Numbered from the whole stretch's first letter, positions 1-13,730 are shown. The stretch: DNA of 63,709 nucleotides, filler included, from Collodictyon triciliatum (GCA_043381765.1; 10 parts of 10 records of this genome joined end to end with filler, not necessarily neighbours in it), one strand, 5' to 3'. A program made the numbers and translations. The notes: generated by a model not told the origin, from the letters alone.

Positions 1-1014
1 GAATTTTTTAATTTTTGATTGTATTTGATTAATTTTTGTCATGAAAAAGTATATCGATATGTTGATTGTGACATGTTGCTTATATACAGTATTCAAGTCT
101 GAATGGGTATTAAAAGGGTAAATCAGATTATACATATATAAAATCCTCGATACGAAGAAACCAACCTATCCATACAGTAAGCACCCTCCAAAAAGTCATA
201 TTAGTTGGATGCCTATTAAAAATTTTCATGTGACTGTGTCTATACATATTGAACACAATATTTTGTTATTAAGCTATTCGTCATTATAAACTGAAACATC
301 TGCATTAATCAAGAAAAAAACTAAAGAAAAATCCTTCAAAATTAGCCTGTGTAAAGGTTATGTGCCCGCAGGTAAAAACGTTTTCTACGGATTTACTTTC
401 TCGATATAACACTGTAGAAAAACACCAAATAAAATCGCGCGTTAATATATATTGGTAGACAAATGGGCGGATTATAGCGTCAAACAAATATGAGCTCCAT
501 GACCTAAAAACAAGAGTAAAAAAATAAATGCAAGTGATTAGCGAAGAAGCGAAGCATATCAGACGTGTTTTTAGGGGATTGCGAAGCAAAAGCAGAGTCA
601 AATATTCTTATTTTTTGCTTTATTGTTATTTGCCCAGTCGCGTTGCACACAAAGATTTATGATACAAAAAAGTAGAAAGTAAAAAATATGGTATGTGTTT
701 CCAGTTGCTTTAGATTTATGAATATAATAGAAGTGTGTTCAACCCGTCTTGATGGAGCACATGACTGAATGGACGCCACTGAATGCTACTTATCACTGGG
801 CATATACCATAAGACATAATGTTGTTTTGGATATACACTACTAGGCGGGATGGCAAAACATACGACCCATGCTCGTTCATTACTTTTTTCACTTGCCGCA
901 GTCATTAGAAAACAAAATATTATATGGTCGAAATCATACAGAGTGAATCATTTGCTTTTTTTATATTTTTTATGTTCTGGTTTGCATTTATTTTGTTTTG
1001 GCAGTGTTTTCGGC

Positions 1015-1672
1015 TGCTTTATGTCATCTCATCAATAGGGAGCTATGGATAGGCACACGCGTGACAAAAGCTGGCAAAGTCTCCCAACAATGCATATGAG
1101 CAGCAACAGTGATGAATCCATTGAGCACACATTTGTGCAATGTCCGTTCGCTCAAAACCTGCGCGAAACAGCTGGTGAGATTCTTCGACTGACACTCAAC
1201 ACGGCTGCGGCTGTTGGCTCAATCCAGGCGATATTTGGGCGTCTGCAACAGCTGCGTCCAGAGGCAAATACATTCTGGGCAGTGACGCGAGGCCATTTGC
1301 TATGGGCTACGTGGATAGCGCGCACATACTCACGCAAAGCAAGACTCAACAACCAGCCACCCATTCCTGATAATAGGCTGAATGACATCATACAAATCTC
1401 TTTTCTCAACAGTTTCCTTAGCCACCTGCATGCTCTCTACTACTCAGACCCTGTGAGAAGAGATATGTGGAAAGAGGCTGAGAAAGAGATTCAACCTCGC
1501 CTTGTCTCTCTCATGCAAGCACAAGACTCTGGCTATTGGCCTAACCGCAGGATGCAATTCCTGATTACCGACTGCTTCTCCGCCACCCGGCCACCAGGTA
1601 GCGTTAGTGCGAAAGAAGGCTGGCACCTTGGAGACAGGAACTGTATCTCCACGCGCAAAGAAAAATAAAAAA
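1015..1672 (+). mobile_element. Decayed 3' fragment of a non-LTR retrotransposon (L1/Tx1-like ORF2 C-terminal zf-RVT region)
   Basis: ORF 1045-1668 has ESIEHTFVQCPFA and LLWATWIART, matching the H..C and W..W..R motifs of LINE ORF2 C-termini. The upstream half (LWIGTRVTKAGKVSQQCI) is in another frame, implying a frameshift near 1095. It ends in an A-rich tail. No RT core is present. Confidence 0.7.
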
Positions 1673-4600
1673 TGGCAAAGAATGGCCCAGTAAGATGGGT
1701 TTAGAAGCAAAGTAAATTGACTTTGACTTCAACTTCGTGGAAAAATAAATTAATCGAACGCGATGCATTCTTTGAACGATGCACTTAAACAGAGCTTTGC
1801 AAAAAATGGTGAAATGAAGTTACTCAGGAAATGGGTCGTAGTGCGTCAGCATAGTTCATATACATATATTCATCACGGGCTAAAGGCATTCAATCAAACA
1901 ATAGAAAAAAAATCGAATACAGCATTATATACAAATTGAAGGTTCTTTTTTTTTTAAATAAAATTAGCAACTTTCACATGTTGCGTCTACTAGTTACGCA
2001 TTAATTGTCTGATTTAAATCAGTCGCGACACTTAGTTTTTGCCGGAAGTTAGGCCTCGGATTGAATCCAAGTCAGGCCTTTTGGCAGTTACAGCTTTTAA
2101 GGATTGTATGTAGAAGCTCGACCCACAATAGATATATTTAGATGAGTCATGACTTTTGTTTCTATACTACAACGACCTGCACATGAATCCAAAACGCGCT
2201 CGTGCTTTCAACTAAGGCGCAACAACTAGGGCGGGCTGTAGAATCATAATAAAAAAACTTTCTTTAAACAAAATAAAAAGGAAAAAAATCAAAGAGCCAC
2301 ATTGACCTCAACGAGTGTGTGAGATCAGTAACTTAGAAAAAAAAGAGATTTCTAACAGTGATCTAATAAGTTATTTTTACAGAATATCCAATAATATCAT
2401 ATATTCCTTTAGAAAAGTAAAAAATGTAAGACTATAGCATAAACCTTTGCTTTGTGTTGGGTTTTGTAAGCCATTATAATAAGTAAAGATACTCGTAAGG
2501 TGGTGCGCGTCACTTAAGCCGCATCAAATATCAGCCTTTTCAAAAAAAACATAGATTAAAAAGAAACGGTATTCATCATCGGCGATGTGTTTGATCAATA
2601 AACTATTGAAAAAAAGAAAGAAAAGAAGGAAGAAGTAACAAGCTATTAAACTAGACTTTGGATTCCAATAGCGATATGCGCCCGCAGTGCTTTCAAGAGC
2701 AACAATCAGCAGTGAAATGTATCAAAGTGCTTTGATTTACTGGTTTTTTTTAGATCACGGACTGCATCCCTTTCCATCAGATATCTGAATGGATAAGGTT
2801 GATGTGTGGCCATTTGATGCGCACAATGTGCTTTTCTCTTCAACTAATACAATGCAATACTCTGGTGCTTTTGTTTTTTGATATGTGAATGTTAATGTTA
2901 ATATTCTTTCCATAGGTTCGCATTTTATTATGTGCAGTTGTAATATTTCCCTCTGTTCAAAGCCCATTACTAAAAAAAAAAGAATCGACCAAGAGTTGAT
3001 TTATTTTCGCGACAGATTATGTATAATTCATAAAAAATTGTACATGTTAAGACGTAATCAATGAATCTTTCTTCATTTCGCGGCAAAACCAGTCAAATCT
3101 CTCAAATCTATGTTGCATCTCACAAAAAAATATGAGAAATCGATGAAGAATTGATAGTGTGATGGAAGAGATGGATTGGTTTGCAGTATTATAAAATAAT
3201 ATTATTTCAAGCTATATTTACTTTCATGACAGTCACTAACCCGCTTGTTTAGATATCAAAAACAATAGCCTCATTTTTTCCACATTTGCTCCGTCCATCA
3301 CTTTCCTATAATTTTTCTTTTTTTATATCTCTGCATACAAATTTATTATAATAAAACATTAACTACGGTTATTGTACTAATAAAATGTAAAATATTATCA
3401 ATTCCATAACGAGAAAAAAGCTCATCAGTATATAGCAGATCAACTCACAAACGCATTTCTACCGACTCCACCAACGAAAGCACACAGATAGCCAAGAACT
3501 AAAGCCAAAGACCAGCAGAACGCAAAAGAGATATTTCATAGAATCCCTATGGCGGGACACTCATTCTTTTTTCCACACAAACAACAATATCAACATATGC
3601 CAAGCAAACTAAAAAATCCAACATGGAATCATACTTCATTTTCATTAAAAAGGCAAAGGAATAACTTTAAGCAAGTTTGATATTTTATTTCAAATTGATA
3701 TCTTATTTCAAAAAGCCAAAAGACTTTATCGAGAGAGGGGTAGTTTATCGGATGCTGGGAAATAATACAAACTCTAAAAGATAAAAGCAAGGACACAAAA
3801 CGATTCCTTCCAGCAAACCTATATGTGTTTGGCTTAGTCCTTGCCTTGTTTAATATCTGGTTCTACCATTACTCATCATCCCACAACTCAAAAAACTCTT
3901 GAAAACTCAATTGCGTATCCATATGATTAAGAATTCAAGTTTTCTAATTTTATGTGCCAATTTTATCAGGGCTCTCATTTATACAGCAATCTGCAAGCCA
4001 AGAAGAACTGGGACTATTCAAGTTATGGAGCAATCTGTAGCAGAGAATTTTTGTCCATGCGTCCACACTTTCTGAGCTACCAAATATCCATATTCACTTT
4101 ATTCTTTTATCTTCATAGCTATAGCTTTAGTTTTATTATTATTTATGGTGTATATTGGACTCTAATCCCATCACGTGCAGCTTGGGATAATTTTCACGGG
4201 CATGACAGCGACTGAGACATTAGTTGCTCTGTTGTCCACATCGCACTCACTTGGACGAATTCTTCCAAAGATGCAGCCATTAAGTACATCTCATTTGGTC
4301 ACATGTTTTCTATCATTTCGGTTATTTTGATCTTTTTGCCTAGTTCTTATCAACTCAGGCTTTTTTTATGGGATTCACGTACTAGTGAAAAAATACAACA
4401 TATTCTGATCTATATAATAATTGTATGCCTTCCTCCCCCTATATATTTTTTTTTATCAAGCGAAGCTGCCGTCTATTTAACGAGCCTGGGAACATACTAT
4501 CAGGATAACAGACTAAGCCCCTCATCGTTTATTGTGCTCGGGGAATCGCTATGACTAAGGGTAAGTGATGAGTTATTTATCATTATTTTTTTATTACCAT

Positions 4601-6865
4601 CGTTAAGTTTTTTTCATCAACTGCAGGCCGTATCAAAATATATGACAATATATACTTTTATTAGTCATGCTATTTTAAACGATACCTTAAATGACCCTCA
4701 CTGTCCATAGGATAGAGAAAATGGTTGGGCTGTGGCCAAAAAGGGAGGAAAAGTTCATCTATAATGACTGCATCCCTGCGACTGAAGCTGATCATTTGGC
4801 ATCAGAAATGTAATAGTGTAACTTTATAATAACAAATTATAACAAAGAATCGATTTTTATTACACGCGAGATGACATAATTTTTAAATAATAAGACAATT
4901 CGCAACATTAATTGTTCGCTCGAACATTTGCAACCATCGAAGAAGAGGAAGAAATCTGCGTGATCAAGAAGCGGTTACTCTATCTACTGTTTTGATATTT
5001 ACTACTCCATTCTTTTATTATATTGAATTCTTAAACTTTAGAAATCGTTTTTGTTGATCAATTCACATTTAGTATCCAGCCGATTACAAACAATAGCTGA
5101 CATACTGCACAACTCCTGCAACAAAGGCAATAGTGGATTCGTAAGAATAATGCTCTTGAATTGTCGGGTAGACTCCAAAAAAACATACATATATTTATAG
5201 TTGAATTAGTTACTACATTAAACCTCAATATTTTCGAAACTTAAACAAACAATTATACATTCCAAATAGTCCGGAGATAGTCGTCCTTTCAACGCGGCAC
5301 CTTTAGTCGCAAAATTACACTTCAATTAGTCGTATTTAAGTATGATACACTTTGCATTACTTAATACATAAGTTCTTTGATTATATAATTCTAAGAAAGT
5401 AGTAGACTCTGCTTCTTTGTTATCATTACAAAATTTTCTTTATTTCTCACATGGGCACAAATGAGATTGGGTGATGGATGTATTATAAGAATAGATGTTC
5501 GAAAAACAAAGGTGATTGGATTTTACGACATGAAAAGATTTTAAAACAAACATTATAGATATTGCTAGCCTTTCTACGGCAGTGTCTTCTACTCGCGTTT
5601 GCTCTCTACCACGCGCACTTTTCTCGTCCGTTTGTATGGCAAAACCGCGCTCCACTTTGAATCGAATTAAGGAACAAAAATTTAATCATTTCAGATATCC
5701 TTCAGATATACAGAGTTACGGATAGGGTAATTTTAATGCTTTCTCCGTGGAATCTAACAGAAGCTTTTTATAGTAGCACCTGACGAACTAGCCAAATAGG
5801 CTCATTTTTCCCTATCTCATCGCACAGAAGTCTTTGCGCTCGCAATTTTAGGTCATATAAAAGCCATACTATGAATTTTGTTCGTTTCATTTTTATAAGG
5901 AATATTTATTTATATCACATATTGAATTATCTCAATACATAGAAACCCCTATAATTAACATATTCAACGCACATTTTACAAGAGAGTGGAATCTTTAGGC
6001 CAGAATTCACAAGCATTCTGATAGTAGAACAGTGTGGTTCTGATCAAATTTTATCATACAAAAAATTTGGTATGTTTCACTTCTAGAAACAAAAAAAAAA
6101 TAATTAGAATAATAAATTACATGATAGAAAATTCGTCACATGTTTGATACTCAACAATTGAACACAAAATACGCACACACTGAGTTTCAATTCGTCTAGA
6201 AAAAAAAAAACGAGAATCAAACAAACTTCATTCTGTGCCAATGCCCTTTTTTTCGATAAATGGTTCAACCTGGCTACTTCACGGACCAGCAGAAAATCGC
6301 ATTATTTTATTCAATATACCATGCTAAGCATAAATTATTCATTTTGAATCGGAAAATGTTCAAACTAGAGTCATGGAAAAACTCTGATACGGTTGAAAAT
6401 GGAAGGGAGAAAAGACAAAATCCGTGGGAAAGGGAACTGTTTCGATCTACTACTTAGAGGAGAGGGGAAGGGTGGTGGATCGGCGGCTCCTAGTTTTCCC
6501 GATGGCCTGAAGTAAAGGTCTAAGAACGTACGGTGGGGGTGTTGGGTGTGTTGTGTGTGGGAGTAAGTATGTCTTTGATCAATCATTCAAAAAAATAACA
6601 AAAAATCAGAATATTATAATTTTTAAATCTAAGAGACTGGGAAATGACTTTCTTGCGGCTCCTACAAATTCAAGTTACATATGATTTATGATTAATGGCT
6701 TACACAAGAGATTAAAATGGATAACTAGATTCCAGATTAATTTTTCTCTATTATGCAGACTCAAGAATCATTTAGTGATATTTGTTGGTTTGGATCGGAA
6801 GAACATGCATCTACGATAAAATGCCGCGTTTACAGCAGCCAATTAGTAATTTAAATGTTTTACAG

Positions 6866-6965
6866 NNNNNNNNNNNNNNNNNNNNNNNNNNNNNNNNNNN
6901 NNNNNNNNNTTAATTAATTAANNNNNNNNNNNNNNNNNNNNNNNNNNNNNNNNNNNNNNNNNNNN
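6866..6965. other. Artificial contig spacer N44-TTAATTAATTAA-N44 (also at 13831-13930, 20797-20896, 27753-27852, 34703-34802, 41653-41752, 48601-48700, 55547-55646, 62491-62590)
   Basis: An identical 100-nt spacer with stops in all frames recurs nine times. The contigs between spacers are 6866-6844 nt in near-descending order. Confidence 0.99.
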
Positions 6966-7018
<53 letters not shown>

Positions 7019-7100
7019 TTTTTTTTTTGGTTTTTTTTTTTTTTGGTTTTTTGTCGAATAATTGAAAAAAAAAGAACAGACATGATGGAAACAAAGTTAC

Positions 7101-7873
7101 CGAGAACGATAATCATAACCGAAAAGACGATTGAAAAGGTTGGTGACTTTCGCAGCATAACTTTCTGTAATACGAGAGTAAACAATACGCCGAGCCGACG
7201 AAGTGCGACATACATAGGGACATTCACTGCACCAAGTCCCGCAATTCCAAAGAGGACGTTGGCAACAAAAGTCAACGAGAGAGGAAGCACCTTTGCACGA
7301 CCATCACGAGTGGAAATCATAGTGGATAATACAGGAATCATCACGGAGGAGTATTTGTCAGTGAACTGAAGGCTTATCGAAACAAAATAGAAATGCATGC
7401 ATGAAGATGCAACCGCACGGGTGTGACAAGAACAAACCTCCAAGAGAACTGCAACACTGAAGGAAGGGATGCTTATGAAGCCCATCGCACCCATGGCAGA
7501 CGAAACCAGCCACGAAAGCAAGAGCTGACCGAAAGTGATGACAAAAACATGCTGGAACCGGAATGTGACAAAGAGGCTCTTGTTGACAAACACAATGGCG
7601 GTAGCAAGCAGCCCTGGGATGAAAGAAGGCAGGCCAAAGACCGGATTATGGAAAGGACCGACGAGTGCAGACACGCAAAACAGTATCAGACAGTGCCGTA
7701 AGCCTGTGGCCAGCAGAATACGTGGACATTGTGCGAGCTACTGCCAACAGAGAAAGCAGAATGGCGGCTGCGAGGCAGTCTCCCGACACACGCCAACACT
7801 CACCGTAGAGCAGACCAGACCCAAAGGGAGCCCACTGCGAGGCGATCTCCCACAGCCGCGTCCGCCTCCGCAT
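7101..7873 (-). CDS. Nucleotide-sugar transporter, SLC35D-like (3' end truncated by contig edge)
   Basis: Spliced exons MRRRTRLWEIASQWAPFGSGLLYG / LLATAIVFVNKSLF..ITFGQLLL / VLPLSLTFVANVLFGIAGLGAVNVPMYVALRRLGVLFT..SVMIIVLG. The FVNK and VPMxxxLRR motifs and hydrophobic pattern fit SLC35D-type transporters. Introns are GT-AG. Confidence 0.85.
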
Positions 7874-8137
7874 TCCCGGCCGAGTTCTTGTAGAAGGGGG
7901 AGGGAGAGACAGGGAGAGAGCGCTGTCTGTTCCACTGAGTCGCAGTGTCTACAGAGTACTCGAGCCGCAAAAGAAAGAGAGTCTTAGTCATAAACACAAG
8001 CACGCGGGGTGGTTCTCTGGGATAGGCGCTTTCTGTGGGATAGTTGCGTTTCTCACGCACCGCCACGAATTTATTTACCTTTGCGGCTGGGACAGTGCTA
8101 CGACTCCGCAGGCCGGGCGGCTGCCTTGCGCGATGCG

Positions 8138-9994
8138 CTATGGTTTGTTCGCCCTGGTGAAGGCGTCGTAGACAAAGAGGCACGCCTTTGCGGCCGTCGT
8201 CAAGTGCTTTCCATCAAGGGCGGTGCCCAATGCTCCGTCCGGTATGCACACGATTTCTGTAGACTCGAAGGCGTCCACACCGCCCTTCCGGTAGAGCGCG
8301 GCAATCTGTTTGGACAACCGAGTGAATACCACACATCACGGGCAATCTGGCTCAGTCATCATCAGAGGCTTAAACGTGACAAAAAAAAAAAAGACCTCGC
8401 TTGCGGCGAGGGTGCATTCAACGACAAAGACTAGGTCTGGTTTTGCGTATCGGAGCCGGTTGGCAACCAGTCCTATGAGAAGTGCTGGCCCGCATTGCTC
8501 GGGTGGGACGTTCACTTCCTCGTGGATCTCTCGGACGATAGAGTCAAATATCTCGATGTTGATGAAGGATGGGTCTCTAAGGAGATTTTGAACAGTCGCT
8601 GGAATGCGCTCGGTGAAGGGCAGAGATGCATCACTGTTTCGCTTTGGATATCGAAAGGCTTCATTTCGGATAATATGCTCAGGCTCGGCGTGGCCTGTGC
8701 CCGTCGTTCTTATTGGGTGCTTTTTCTTTTTTCTTTTTCTTTTTTTCTTTTTTCTTTTTTCTTTTTTCTTTTTTCTTTTTTCTTTTTTCTTTTTTCTTTT
8801 TTCTTTTTTCTTTTTTCTTTTTTCTTTTTTCTTTTCTTTCGATTGCTTGTTCATAATTACCTCCTATAAGACCGTATAGTTCGGTATCTTCAGAGACCTG
8901 GCTGCTTCTCTTCAAAAGGATGATCTTGAAAATATGCAAATTTAGTACCAAAAGAAAGGATGTGCTGAATGTCTTTGTCTGTTACAAATGCTTGACTGAG
9001 CTTATCAGAACTATGGATATATCAATTCATATTGTCGTATTTTAAGAACTTTAACATTTAGAGAACGAGCGATTTTTAACTAAAATAAAATACTAATGTG
9101 TTTGTATATGTGCTTTTGCTCACATGGTCGTCCTTGCTTTTAAGGATGACCTCAACACCCAATGCGTTGCTTAGGAAGAAGTAAGGTTCGTGCCCATCGT
9201 GTTGAGCTTTCTCTACAAGAGCTTGGGCTTCTGATGAATATTCGTGCGTCAGGAGATGCCTATAGTCAGTGAGTCCGACGAGTAGAGTGGGAGCATGTTC
9301 AAGATAGACTATTTCCTCCCTGCAGTTCAAACAATATCGCTTTGATGCTCCTCATTTACGACACATCCAAAATCACTTGCTCAGGAAAACTCACGTATAC
9401 TCTTTGCATTTTCCAAACAAAAGAAAGCATGAAAAGCAAGCATCTCTTTGTGGCCAATCATTCGGACTGTCATATATCATTCACGTAATGGAACATAACC
9501 AAGATGAGAACACTTACGCTCCATCAAACGAGTGCGGATAATCAAAAGGCTGCATCAAATCACATCTCGATAAAGGCGTGTAAGGTCCCCCTGTTGTCTT
9601 CATCCCAGCAAGCCTGTACTTGAGGGCGTTGTGAAGATGCTTTTGTGAAGAGAGCAGAGTGTCCCATCCTTTTTCCGCGCCAATCTGCAGTGTTGCAGTT
9701 GTTTCAGACAGGCAGTGAGAATCATCGGTTCGGCCAAGGTTGGCCTTATCTAGAGAAGGATATGTTGGGAAAGCATGTAGCATGTTAGACCGAATGGCTG
9801 CGATCCACGGCCGAGTCGAAGCTGCTTTCGCACTTGATGCCGAGAGACTAGCAAAGTGCCGCGGTGTTAGTCACATGACGCGCATCTGTGGGCGAGGTTT
9901 TTTTGTGGTTTCGAAATCGCTTTCAAGAGTCTTGTGAAGGGGCATTACTTACGCGGAAAGGCTTCTGTGCAACGAAGAGAACAGAGAAGCTCAT
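8138..9994 (-). CDS. NUDT22: Nudix hydrolase 22-like (UDP-glucose/UDP-galactose pyrophosphatase), multi-exon
   Basis: Exons give GWDTLLSSQKHLHNALKYRL, VGLTDYRHLL..FLSNALGV, LLKRSSQVSE..IGGHAEPE, IFDSIVREIHEEVNVP..LLIGLV and LYRKGGVDAFEST..AAKACL, colinear with the NUDT22 motif order. The start at 9994 (MSFSVLFVAQKPFR) is inferred. Confidence 0.88.
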
Positions 9995-10687
9995 GGAGGG
10001 ACTACCTTCCGGGCCTTTCCTTCCTCTGAAGAAGCTGTATTCAGCGCGTGTGTTTGCAGAGACGCTGCTGCGCTTATTGTCTCGCCTGGCAAGGCTCAGC
10101 TGGGTATGGGACGCACGCTGCTTCTACATGCAGGAGGGCTTGTTAAGCATCAGAGTGTCTTACGCTCGAGGTAGAATGTGCTGCGGATTCGTCTACTCCC
10201 AACCTGCCGCACAAAAACGACGGTGCCTTCTGCCTGTTGAGTTGACTTTGTTGTTGTCCACCTTGTGTTTGCCCTTTTCTTGTGCGACTGTCCGAAGGCT
10301 GCGGCGACCTATGCGCACAGAGAAACAAAGAGAAAGCGTGGGTGGCAGCGAGAAACGCAAGCAGCGTGAACCTCTTTTCTTTCTTTTCTTTCTTTTCTTT
10401 CTTGTCATATCCGTCCGCGAGTATCGAGACTTTCTTCCATGTCGTTTCTCTTGTTAAGACTGCCCCAATACCGCGTGTGGAGGGTTACTTCCCTTGGGAA
10501 CGAATGTGAAACAGCCAAAGACAAAGGGCTCGAAGCCACAACCACGAAAGACCCGCGGCTGAGCGCAGAAACCTCGTGTTGCCTTTTCTCTTTTGCTGCC
10601 TTGAAGGCCAACACCCGATACAAAGGAACGGTCATAGCAGTCTAACCCCAAGGTCTTGGCAGTGTCGGCGCGTCGCTCGAATAGAAA

Positions 10688-13048
10688 TGCAGACTCTTGC
10701 ACGCGTTGGAGCGGACGTTCTCGTCATCCTCCTTGTCAGCGTCGCGGCCGTCAAACTGCTTCCTGTTGAACTCTGCACCCTGTGCGAAACACTTCGAGCC
10801 ACGGAAAAGGCTCCGTCGGTCGCAGGACTCTCGGGCGTTGAAGAAGCTCCAGAAGCTCTTCATGAAAGCAGCGTGAAAGACTGGGAAACGATGGTTTCGC
10901 AGTCCTGGAACATAACTCTGGTAGCAGACCTCGACTGGAACAGCCGCGATCCAACAGACTTTGTTTGGCTGTCGTATTTGAAGGTATTTATTCATGTTTT
11001 TTAAATAATGACTGGTGTCTGTAGCGTGTTTCAAGGCTCTGTCAACGCTTAATATCTAAGCCCGCATACACGTCTATGTCTATGTCTATGTCTATGTCTA
11101 TGTCTATGTCTATGTCTATGTCTATGTCTATGTCTATGTCTATGTCTATGTCTATGTCTATGTCTATGTCTATGTCTATGTGTGTATGTATCTATGTGTC
11201 TATGTGTCTAATTGTGTGTGTGTCTATGTGTCTATGTGTGTATGTGTCTATGTGTGTGTGTAAATTAACTTATTGTGACCATCATTTTTAGAAAACAACA
11301 CTGCAACTAGACAAGGACTTGCGATTCCGTGCAACCCCTTTTCGTACACAACAGATACAAACAAGCATCTCCCGCAAGAACCGAAGCCTTGAGCTTAGTG
11401 AGCTGCTTCTGTTCAGAGGAAAACTGCTATCTTTTTGTGATTACACCGGCCTCGTTTACCAAATCGATGATACAAGACTTTTTCTGCGGTTTGTGGCCGA
11501 ATTTTGATTCCGTAGCTTAGATTTCGATGCATTAGTAATTTGGCAGTTTTTTTTTTTTTNNNNNNNNNNNNNNNNNNNNNNNNNNNNNNNNNNNNNNNNN
11601 NNNNNNNNNNNNNNNNNNNNNNNNNNNNNNNNNNNNNNNNNNNNNNNNNNNNNNNNNNNNNNNNNNNNNNNNNNNNNNNNNNNNNNNNNNNNNNNNNNNN
11701 NNNNNNNNNNNNNNNNNNNNNNNNNNNNNNNNNNNNNNNNNNNNNNNNNNNNNNNNNNNNNNNNNNNNNNNNNNNNNNNNNNNNNNNNNNNNNNNNNNNN
11801 NNNNNNNNNNNNNNNNNNNNNNNNNNNNNNNNNNNNNNNNNNNNNNNNNNNNNNNNNNNNNNNNNNNNNNNNNNNNNNNNNNNNNNNNNNNNNNNNNNNN
11901 NNNNNNNNNNNNNNNNNNNNNNNNNNNNNNNNNNNNNNNNNNNNNNNNNNNNNNNNNNNNNNNGCTGCACAAGCAAACTTTTCATCAACATAATATATGA
12001 TGCGTTGTTTACACCCCAATCTCGATGAAATCGGGTGACTTTTAAAATCGATTTTTGTTTTATTTCGTTTGGTGTAGCATATTTTGCATCGTAATATGGA
12101 ATGGGTTAAACGCATAGACTCTTGTGGAAACATTGAAAACCTGGATTGGTATAAAAAAAAAAAAAGCATAGGCAGATTTGATTCGATTTCATGCGTGTTG
12201 CCATCAGAACAAAGATATTGAACACATGCTGACTCGCTTATGCTTTCCTATACCATCAAAAGGAATGATAAATATAATGCTCTACGAGTAGCAGCCAACG
12301 CCTCCGAACCAGGATATCTCAGTCATGAGGCTGTTGTCTGGCATCCTGGTTTGCTTCTAATATCAAAATACTTCAATCAAAGCGGTATGGACACACCTGT
12401 CTTTTAGTATTCGAGAAGCTTTTCTCACCAGAAGATATTGTTTTGCAATCGCTGATTTTAGAACGAAGGCTCTGGATATTTGTGCCTCGCCGAGCAAGCC
12501 ATGGGATTCCTTACACTGAATACGACGATGAACGACTAGTATTACATACTTTACATATCAACATAAATCATAAATCAAAAAGGAAAGCATGTGTGGCACC
12601 CTCGCGGTATCATCAGGAATATATGGCAATCAAATATAATTGAGGAACTCTGTTAAATGATGAGACTAACTCCACTGTTTTTTTTTTTCCTAAATTTCTA
12701 TGAATAGGGCACGAATATCATCATCACAGCTGACGAAACTTTTAAAATACTCAAAGCTGTTCGTATTGGTGACCTGGATACTGATTTGGGATTTACCTCT
12801 GTGAAACTTCTTCCAGGGACAGGTGAAAAAAAAAAAGGACGCAATATCCGCGTACGATGAAAATCAACATAATTATGAAACTTAAATGTCATCCAGATAT
12901 CATTGTTGGATTGAGAGTATACGAAAGGTTTGGTGAAGCATCATCGACCTGGCTCATGGTTTTTGATATGGAAGGAAACATTTTATCTGACCCACCGATG
13001 ATCGTGGTGGATTCTGAAATGAAATTTGAAGGAATCGAAATCGTTTGA
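10688..13048 (+). CDS. CANT1: Soluble calcium-activated nucleotidase / apyrase with N-terminal hydrophobic anchor; internal exon(s) lost in the N gap
   Basis: Exons encode ITLVADLD..WLSYLK, SLELSELLLFRGKL..DYTGLVY, EWVKRI..ENLDW, YNALR..PGYLSHEAVVW, WIFVPRRAS..DDER, GFTSVKLLPGT and KFEGIEIV*, the characteristic CANT1 motifs in order. Confidence 0.93.
11072..11180 (+). repeat. (ATGTCT)n microsatellite in apyrase intron 1
   Basis: Perfect hexamer tandem array, decaying into TG-rich sequence. Confidence 0.95.
11560..11963. other. Scaffold gap (404 N) inside the apyrase gene
   Basis: Run of N without the spacer motif. Confidence 0.99.
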
Positions 13049-13730
13049 AACTTTAGTTTCCATCAGTTCTATCCTTCTTTCTTTCTCGCATCTATCTATT
13101 AGATAAATTTCAGCATATCCGCATAATAAATATACAATAATAATTGTGAGAATTTAGGAATCGCAGAGGCCATTTGTAATCATTCTGTTTTTAAGGCAAT
13201 AATGATATATTCACTCTTTTCTGTAGATAATAAAAGAGCTTAAAAAGATTTTTGCGACATAAATGAACCCGCTCGTCCTTTTTTTCTTTTTTTCTTAATA
13301 GCATCTTTGGTGTAAAAGAGGAATTGTTGTGTCATCATCTTATATGTTCTATATCAAATTTCATGACTGCAAAAACTTTGTTTCATTTCGCTTTATTTCA
13401 CCATTCCTTATTATTCAAGAATATTCCATTCACAACTGGATAGTGTACATACAATCACTCGAGTAAATTTTGATTCATCTCCTTGTCATCCCAGGGTATT
13501 TTCAGGCGGAATTGATGAATGATAGTCATTTTCATGGTTTATAATCACCATTCATAAGAGCGCAGAAGTTCATCTTATCCCTTCGAGAGATGAGACCCTT
13601 TAAAGCTCACATTAGTTTTTTGTTCTCGTTTAGAGTGAGGTACACTGAGGCCCTGTAGAGTAAAATTACAATCTATCTGTTTAACAGGCATCAAGATTTG
13701 ATTGGAGGATTCGATAATATTGCTTCAGGT

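Noticed and set aside
1072-1680. TGGCAAAG at 1072-1079 and 1673-1680 as a TSD of the LINE fragment
   Set aside because: LINE-like coding sequence continues upstream of the left copy, so the 8-mer match is probably chance.
2041-2085. Short imperfect hairpin (GCCGGAAG..AGGCCT..GGATTGAATCC..AGGCCTTTTGGC)
   Set aside because: It has no tRNA or snRNA features and no second copy, so it is too weak to call.
3430-4775. Exon-like patches with splice signals (e.g. QTKPLIVYCARG, DRENGWAVAKKGGKVHL) and in-frame stops; possible recoding
   Set aside because: No consistent reading frame or homology could be built. The other genes use standard stops. At best it is an unidentifiable pseudogene.
6910-6921. 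TTAATTAATTAA recurring about every 6.95 kb as a biological periodic element or CRISPR-like repeat
   Set aside because: It is always embedded in N44 runs and is an assembly linker.
10000-10640. Possible small spliced gene between NUDT22 and the apyrase
   Set aside because: Splice-like signals exist, but no frame gives a convincing protein.
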